A DNA stretch of 59,437 nt, the filler included, from Sphacelaria rigidula (lineage: Eukaryota), in assembly GCA_964200075.2 (NCBI GenBank). It is 7 parts of 7 records of this genome, joined end to end, with 100 filler letters (N's around TTAATTAATTAA, not from the genome) between each part and the next. Parts side by side here need not be neighbours in the genome. Positions count along the whole stretch, not along the records: positions 51,033 to 59,437 come from CAXNAA020011259.1; 6 more parts are not named here. One strand, given 5' to 3'. The translations under genes and the position numbers were made by a program. Under the pieces are notes generated by a model that had not been told where the DNA came from, did no database searches, and worked only from the letters and a program-made list of their open reading frames with translations. This document shows positions 51,720-59,437 of the stretch, piece by piece. Each line of letters starts with the position of its first letter. Position 1 is the first letter of the stretch.

Positions 51720-53944
51720 TCACTGACCAGACAGTAACTTTCCGCCGTCTGACGATGCACTAGCTTTAGCTGGTGGCCTTTGGCTCAGCTTAGAGTTTTC
51801 CAAATTGAGCTTGATATGACCTCGCAACCTGTGTCAACGTGTAGACAGCAAACGAAAAAAACGGAAACGCATATGAAATCAACGTCACGCACGGAAGATG
51901 AAACGACGAGCGAAGATACAACGGCTATCGCGGCCGAGGGCATGCCAAACCTGCGAATCCCCACCCTTTCCCTTGATATCTAGAAACGCACAGATAGTCA
52001 ATGAGTTTGCCCAAATATTTTACTGGACTAGCAACCAATGTACCATTAACCGTGTGCCAGGACGGATGACGGACAGTGTCATTAGGTGGCAAGCATGGTT
52101 CACGTGTATTTCCATCTCTGGCAGCCTCTCGTGACATGGACCATAACCTCTCACGAGCACCCTCGTTTCAGTTGTCCATACAGTTGGCCACGGCCAAAGG
52201 TCTCTTGTAATAAACAGCAATGGTACTTTATTCCTGCACCCACACCCCCTCTGGTAACCAGATCATATTCGTCTCACCTGTCCACCTCTATGACCCTAAC
52301 AAGCACAGGTTGCCCTTGTTGCACCAATTCCCTAGCCGGTGGGGCGGGGTTCCTGTCGGTCATATTGGACACGTGAAGCAGACCTTGCTGGTTGCGCAAC
52401 AATTCCACCTGCACCCAAAACCCAACGAAAAAAACAACGTCAAAACCACGGAAAGAAGTTGCAGGCCAGTGGGTGGCATCAGCGGCGGCGGCAACAGGAG
52501 AGGAAGGACATTCGACGTATTTCGCGACAACAGAGTAGCCCACAAGCTGCAATGTTTCGGGGGCAACAAGAATCGGGCAGATACATTGCCCTAGTAGTTT
52601 CCACGACCGCACAAAAAAAAAGAGGGGGTTTCTGGCTGTGGTCATCCAAGAAGCAGGCGCCGGACAACATCAACACTTTCTGTCCAACTCTGGCATTCAA
52701 CCCCAGATACACAAGTCGGGAGCGCTTGATGGCGTGTGCGGCGTTGGGCCACAATAGCGCGCGCGGCGCGGGGGGATAACACCAACGAAATGTAATAACA
52801 CCGGGACAAAAATACCATCTATACTTGATGAAAAAAGACTACCTCGTATACATATATATATACATATACATGTGTGTATACCTAGCACACGCCACGGGAC
52901 GAACCGAAACTCACCAGACAGCCGTACTCATACACCGTTGTAACCTTGCCCTCCAAGAGCTCTCCCTGTATACAGCATGAACATCAGCATCACCACGATA
53001 CGTGGCGACGAAAATATAGCAAGTGAACGAACATCACACGAACTTACTCAATAAAATTTGGGAGGGATGGCGTCAGGGACAGACTCAGCGTCAGTCACCG
53101 CCAGCGGCAGGCGAGTAACCACCTCGGCAAGGACAAGCTCACCGACGCAAATAGCATGAACGACCGCGGCGTAGACACTCTGCTCGCAAGTCACGCCGAC
53201 AAGCGCATGTGCAGAACGCGAATATTACCTCTCACTCGACTACAGCTTCGACCTCGAAAAGCCTGCCCCACACACCACCGCCCTCATCACACTTCACAAC
53301 TCCCACTTCAACAACATCGTATGCGCTTTGGCCGGCATCGACGACATCGACGGCATCGACAGGGTAATCGGAGTGGACTTCCTTCTCTACAACATCAAGA
53401 TCGCCAAACAGGCGATACAGTAATCCTCGGCTCTTGGTTTGCCCTCCTTGTCCCTTCGCCGAGATTACCTTGTATGGAATTTGGGGCTGCCACACTGACT
53501 CACTCGCTTTTGCTGCGCAAGACTCTTTTTGGGGACTCACCAGTTTTTACGGGCAACGGTTTCAAAAGATCAAATGCGCGACGACTTGCCCAGAGGCCAA
53601 AGCGTAGCTACCACAGGCATGTCTGTCCCTCGATGCACGCATCTTCCCGGTCGACGGAGCAACCCGTCCATGAATCTCTGAACTCAATCACCTTAATCAA
53701 CAAAAGCAAACACAAACAACGCCGCGGGAGCTTCTTCCAGAGGTCCATACTGCTCGCTAGCGCCTCTGTTCCCGCCCACTGATCGTTGGCATGACATACA
53801 CACCTCTACTATTTCGTGCACCAATTCGCGCACGAGTTTGACTGCTGCGTCGACCCTCTCGGCATCCTCGCTGAAGATAACGGCTTTTCCCTCTGTTGAC
53901 AAGTCCAGTTGCACCCCGAATTTGGCCTCGATTGTTCTCAGCGT
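51720..53944 (-). CDS. pnp: Polyribonucleotide nucleotidyltransferase (PNPase)-like protein, C-terminal KH + S1 exons; 5'-partial
   Basis: GT-AG exons 53944-53804 (TLRTIEAKFGVQLDLSTEGKAVIFSEDAERVDAAVKLVRELVHEIVE), 52965-52915 (GELLEGKVTTVYEYGCL), 52408-52278 (VELLRNQQGLLHVSNM...GQPVLVRVIEVD) and 51828-51720 (RLRGHIKLNLE...*). A KH domain directly followed by S1 is the PNPase C-terminal architecture. Confidence 0.82.
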
Positions 53945-54384
53945 CTGCGTGTGTTGCCGAGGAGTATGCGAGGAGAGCGAGAAATGGGTGTGCAAAAACG
54001 CTACCCATTACAACGAGAAAAAACGTAGCAAGACGCTGATCTAACGTTGGTTTCTTACAGAACACGGGAACATGCATATTTTTATCCGATTGAGAATCCA
54101 GGTCCGACATGCTCTCTTCTTCCAGGTTTATACTCTAAACTGTGTACCATACTATACTACAAGGTTCCCCTTCGGGGCGTTGGTACGGGCCTCCCGGGGG
54201 TGACGCAATTCGAAAATATATATTTTGTCAAGTTTTCCACGATCTGATTTGATTGATTGATTGATTGATTGATTGATCGTCGCACTTTGACTGACCCCCT
54301 AGGGGGTCCAACCGTGGTCTCATGATAAACGTACCCAAGAAAAACGAAGCTGAAACACGCTTTAAGGGGAAAAAAAAACTTGAA

Positions 54385-54674
54385 AAGGCTTTTGTGGTTT
54401 GGGACCGACACCGCGCGAAAAAGGGCCAGTTTGAGCGACTTTCGGTGACCAGAACACGCGCCACAGGTATCAGATGCCGCCCAAACCCGAACGGCAATGT
54501 ACCGCTGAGCCTTCTCGGTGCGCTGCAATAGGCCGTGTGGGAAAAAATGCTTTGCCGCCAGAGGAAACTCGGCAAAAGCGGTGAAAATGTGAAATGATAC
54601 ATGTACATGATATACATTGCGCGCAAAAGCACCGACAGCGCTTGCACGACCGTGCCTCCTGAAATGAGTACCCC
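54385..54674 (+). repeat. Dispersed repeat; second copy (~225 bp) at 55505-55728
   Basis: Shared AAGGCTTTTGTGG...GCGACTTTCG...GAACGGCAATGTA...TTGCCGCCAGAG.AAACTCGGCAAAAG.GGT...GTGAAATGATACATGTACAT. The first copy runs on to ...AAATGAGTACCCC. Confidence 0.85.
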
Positions 54675-55101
54675 TACAGGCGATACCGAGATAGGTACCG
54701 CGGAAAATGACATCATCCAGACTGTGTACCCAATATGGATCGATGCTCGTTTGTCGGGGCAGGAGCCACCCAGCAGGTCATGATGTGGAAGTGAGCGCAT
54801 CTGCGTGTCTATATATGCATCCCCTGACGTTTCACACAGTGTGGGCCGAGGAGACTCCGTTTGCGTATCGATGGCCTTGCCCACAATTCATTTTCACTTC
54901 GTGCGTCTGGCGCACCACGTGAAACGTGCCGCCGATTCGGGAATATGCTTTCTGTGTTGTGGTCCACCTCTGTGCCAATTTTCAGGCTGGTTCGTTCAGA
55001 CACGGCGGAGAAATCCTCAAGCAAAGTAACGCTTGACTTGTACTGAAAATACAGTACCAAGTCGTCGAAAGATACACGAAGTGCGTACTCGTATGATTCT
55101 G

Positions 55102-55175
55102 CCTGTCATCCCTGTCACAGAGACAAACCTGTCAACCCTGTCACAAGGACAAACCTGTCAACCCTGTCACGAGGA
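55102..55175 (+). repeat. Tandem repeat, ~3 x 26 bp
   Basis: CCTGTCA.CCCTGTCACA..GACAAA units. Confidence 0.8.
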
Positions 55176-56946
55176 TATCCCTGCGCCAGTACTTCACAGA
55201 TTCATCCTACGGGTTGCATGATAACAGGGATTTCGGAACCCCGCTTTGCTGGTTTTACACAGTTGACCCGCAGTGGGGACGTTTGCCCACGTGTGTGTCT
55301 TGTTCAACTCGTCAAAGGCTCACCGCACGGTCTGGTGTTTGTTACTGACTAAGGCCAAGGTAATGTTCAATTGTTTTCAACTGCATTGTTCTCATGTTCT
55401 CGTGACATTGGCTGCATAAGCGGTGTACTCGGCTCCCAAATGAACGAGAACCTACGAAGAGAAACACGGGGGGAAGCTGCTTAAAGTATTTCATGAACGT
55501 GGGAAGGCTTTTGTGGCCCGGGATCGGCACCCCGCGAAAAAGAGCCAATGCGGGCGACTTTCGATGGCCAGATTACGCGCCATAGTTATCAGATGACACC
55601 CAAACCTGAACGGCAATGTAACGCTGCGCCTCCTTCGTGCACTGCAAAAGAGAGCGCGTGATGAGATGCCTTGCCGCCAGAGAAAACTCGGCAAAAGTGG
55701 TCAAAAAAGTGAAATGATACATGTACATATATGTAAATGCCACCATAGATTGACAGGTAGAGTGACGTCAGATGGCCGTCCAGAACCGTTGCCCTGGCCG
55801 GGGTTACACAGATAGAGTCAGAACCGTTCCTGAAATTCCTCGGAAGAATACCTCGGAGGGAACACTCCTCGGATGAACGCGGGGTATCTTTGCTATGCAA
55901 ATTCAGCCCAGCTGGCTCGCCCACACGACACACTCGGTGTGTACTCCGCACCAAACAGCTGAAGAAGAGACCAACGCCTTGTAGAACCTATCAAGGGGCT
56001 TATCCCTTCCATAGTGGCGTCGACTGATCAACACGCAAGCGTTGGCGATCGTTGAGTGCGGCCTGCAATCGCTTGGCCGACTTATGAAAAGAAAGAAGAA
56101 CCGTAAGGCATCCCTAGATGCCAAGGCGACTACTGCTGTAGCAGTCGCCGACAATGACTATCAAGTGGACTTCGAACTCGTCGCGCGGTAACGGTGGCGC
56201 TCGATACAGTCACCGCCTCGACCCCGACCGCGAGGATTGCTCTTACGAAAAGTGTGAATCGCGGGACTCCCATGACCTCGACCACTGCTGGCGCAGGGAA
56301 GATGACGAGATCGAGGCTACAGAGATCGCCGCCGGGATCCCATCGTCCATGCGCCGCCGTCGGCGCACCCGGCGGGAGAATTCCGACTCCGAGTAGGGGT
56401 GCCCGAGTGTTGTGTCCGTAGCACTTGGGATAAAACCCACCAGTACCATGTCGCTTGGTAGGAAGGGCGTTAACGACCCCGTAGTCGTTTGGCGTCACTT
56501 GCGAATTCGTTGCCTGCGAGTCGTAAATCGCACAGCATTCCGCGTAGCCAGAAGGACTGTAGAGATTCGATAGATAAGAGTCAGTCGTTGCCTGCTGTGA
56601 CACGTCTGGGTGTCAAGGTAAATTCTCCCGTGAGTGTCCCCGCTAGAAGGTTAGAGTGCCCCGTTGGCGCAGTCATTTCCCCCCTGGATAGTAGCGAGTC
56701 TATTGGTGTTCGAAGTGCCCGGAAACCAAAGGCCAGCAGAAAGGTTCAGGTAGAACCGGCATCGAATCGTAGTTCGAGCGGCCGTAAGAGGAAGAAAATT
56801 GATCATCATGGCAGAATAAATGAGAATACACGTGTTTCCCGTTATCTTTCTTCGCTGTCGCGGAAGAAGTCTTCGTTGTATTTTTTTCTTTTTCGTCCAA
56901 GCGCGTTCGTACGCCGGGATATATTCATGATCACTTCGTTCCGGAG

Positions 56947-59049
56947 TTGACCATTGATACTGCAAGTGATGCCACGTGTGTTTCACTTTCGTACTTGAAA
57001 CAACATCCCACGTTATCGTTTGCTCAACTTGAGCCCGTACCACCCTCTCACATGAAGCTAAAAACCGCAAATGAAGCGCCACTTCAAGTGTTAGATCATC
57101 TTTCGTTAAACGTCCGTTTGGGAGACGTCTCCCGTCGTACTGATGCCTTGGTGATTCCTTCCCTCGGCCCTGATCAAATCTTGCTTGACGATGACGCAAT
57201 GTCTCGTTTCGGTGCAGTACTTGATTGGAAGAACGAACAACTGACTTTTGCATCGAATGATACCGTTCTCCCTGGGTTACATCGTAAAGTACCACGCGCC
57301 AGCAGCACGCCCCCGTCCACGTTCTCCACTGCTGCTGTGCACCAAAAAGCACTGGAGCATTCGATCACCCTGCATCGACGTTATAACATTCCTCCCGGGC
57401 ATAACGCAATCGTGAAAGCGTACTCGGAGGCCATACCGTTACATGATACTACCGTTGTAGTTGCACCTCGTTTGTTGACAACTGAAGAAATCAAATCCGG
57501 TGACTTTCCCATCGAATTTGAACGTGTACTCGTCGCGCGTACTTTGACTACTTGGCATGCTCGAGATGGCGCGGTATACTTACAAGTTGCCAATCCGTCG
57601 TCGGAACCTCTCGCATTGCATGACAACCCAGTCCTTGGGAAACTGTCTTCAGTTGATATCGTACAACCTGACAAACTTCGCGTGGATGACGTTGCAGCGA
57701 CTCCCAAAACCGTAGGTGAAATTGCTCATGCACACCAAGAACTCACAGAACCTTTAGAGAAAGCTTTCGCTGACTTCACGTTTTCCCCTGAGCAACAAGC
57801 TCGAGTGATAGATTTGTGTGCAAAATACCGTCCCGTGTTTTCGCTGAACCGTAGTGAACTCGGAAAATGCACCACCCATGACGCAACGTTTCCCTTGCCG
57901 CCCAACACTAAACCTGTGAGCCGCCGACCGTACCGTGCCAACTCTCGCGCCGAAGCCGTTATTAATAAGTGCGTGAAGGATATGCTCACTGACGGGATCA
58001 TTGAAGAACTACCTAGCCCGTGAGGTTCCCCCGTCATGATCGTCGCTCGTAAAGATGGTCAACCTCGTTTCTGCGTCGACTACCGTACTACGTTGAACGA
58101 GCTGCTGATTCGCAAGACCTGGCCGATGGCGAACATGGAGTCCAACCTCGACACCGTCGGCAGCGCACAGCTCATCTCCGTTGCCGACATACAGAGCGAG
58201 TACTGGCAACTTCCGGTAAGGTCAGACCACGTGGAGCGTACGGCGTTTGTTATCAACCAAGGCAAATACTATTACAAGAGAATGCCGTTTGGGGTGTGTA
58301 ATGCGCAGTTGATTTTCACTGAGATGGCCCATAACACGTTAGGCCACATTCCCGAATTGTTGATTTACATGGATGATCTCTGTGTCTTGTCAGCGAATTT
58401 TGAGAATCATTTGAAGTCTTTGGAGAGCATGTTCGTAGCTCTGCAAGCTGTCGGACTGACATTGAAACCGTCGAAGGTCGCGTTTGGCCCTACATCGATT
58501 GAATATCTCGGGCACGTAATTTCCACAGACGGCGTTTCTGTTGGGGAGGATCGGATCAAAGCTATCACCGCACTACCGACACCCGCCTGCATCAAAGAAC
58601 TTCGCTCAGTGCTTGGGGTGGTTACTTTTGTGCGCCGTTTCATTCCTGATTACGGCAAAGTTACTGCACCCTTGGTGGAACTTACGAAAAAAGAGTATGC
58701 CACAAAATCTCGCATGAAAAAGGCTTGGAATGTCAACCACCATGTTGCATTTGCGCACATCAAGCGTCTATTGGTTTCAGCCCCCGTTTTACATTTCCCG
58801 GGTTTTTCCAGAGAGTTTGTCGTCCACGTTGATTCGTCTGAAACTGGATGTGGTGCTTTCCTTGCCCAACCGTCCAAGGATGATGACAAGCCCCTAGACA
58901 TCATTGCTTACTATAGCCACCGTTTTAAACATGGGCAACGACACTATTCAGCGTCGATGAAGGAGTGTTTTGGAGTAGTGCACGCATTAGCGCACTGGAG
59001 AACTTATCTTTTTGGACAGCATTTCACCGTGATGACTGAACACCAGTAG
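56947..59049 (+). mobile_element. Ty3/Gypsy LTR retrotransposon pol (protease, RT, RNase H), pseudogenised and truncated before integrase
   Basis: Protease-like IDTASD; RT IIEELPSP*GSPVMIVARKDGQPRFCVDYR, RMPFG, IYMDD, YLGH; RNase H HVDSSETGCGAFL, IIAYYS, YSASMKEC, FTVMTEH. In-frame TGA at 58021-58023 where Trp is expected. RT precedes RNase H with no integrase upstream, the Gypsy-type order. Confidence 0.93.
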
Positions 59050-59437
59050 AGCTGAAGATTTGTTCGTAAAAAATGGTTGGGACTCGATTTTACTTGATTT
59101 TAGAGTGACCAAAGTTCTGAGAAAATTCATGGTCTGGGGCAGGTGGGCAGTGGACCCAGCTCGTCCAGAACGTGTTTTGGTCCAAAATCGGCTGAAAGGC
59201 GTCGATTTGAGCTCTGGCAACGCACACTTTGCTTAGGGAACACTCTGCACCCCCTTGCCCGAGGGTTCTCGGTATGCCTTGGTCGGGGTTAGGGTATGCG
59301 TTAGCGTTAGGGTTGGCGGCATCTCCGTAGTACCAACCATTGTTTACGTACAAATCCTCAGGTCGCCTCCTGACCACTCCGCACCCACGCATTTGTACGA
59401 GCTGGGCCAGCCTAGAGGCGGATTTGAAGTTTGCAGG

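Noticed and set aside
55740-56946. 5' LTR, PBS and gag of the Gypsy element
   Set aside because: No second LTR to compare and no clear gag motif, so boundaries cannot be supported.
58021-58023. Programmed readthrough or TGA recoding in Gypsy pol
   Set aside because: Most simply a TGG>TGA mutation at the conserved SPW; other degenerate residues and truncation indicate a dead copy.
1-59437. tRNA or rRNA genes
   Set aside because: No cloverleaf or rRNA-like conserved sequence recognised by eye; a tRNAscan-SE/Infernal run would be needed to exclude them formally.

Overview
Eukaryotic genomic DNA, most likely a brown alga (inferred from short exons with long repeat-filled GT-AG introns, a WSC/metallopeptidase-like protein and TTAGGG tracts). 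The window is not one locus. It is seven contigs of 8406, 8406 and 5 x 8405 bp joined by artificial 100-bp spacers (44 N + TTAATTAATTAA + 44 N), so adjacency across spacers has no biological meaning. By splicing exons by hand I recover partial genes for: a C-terminal bromodomain protein (-), a lipoxygenase (+), a metzincin-like domain with a degenerate zinc site followed by a Pro/Thr linker and three WSC domains (-), the KH-S1 C-terminus of a PNPase-like protein (-), and one terminal exon of an unknown protein (+). The rest is mostly decayed LINEs, a truncated Ty3/Gypsy pol, several TIR elements/MITEs and short dispersed repeats. The most interesting items are the apparent pseudo-protease with three WSC domains, a TGT...ACA element with a 5-bp TSD carrying telomere-like repeats, a terminal ATGAGTAC-polyC motif shared by otherwise different repeat families, a perfect 37-bp hairpin, and a possible viral capsid-like remnant in a PNPase intron. 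No database searches were run; all family assignments come from motif recognition.
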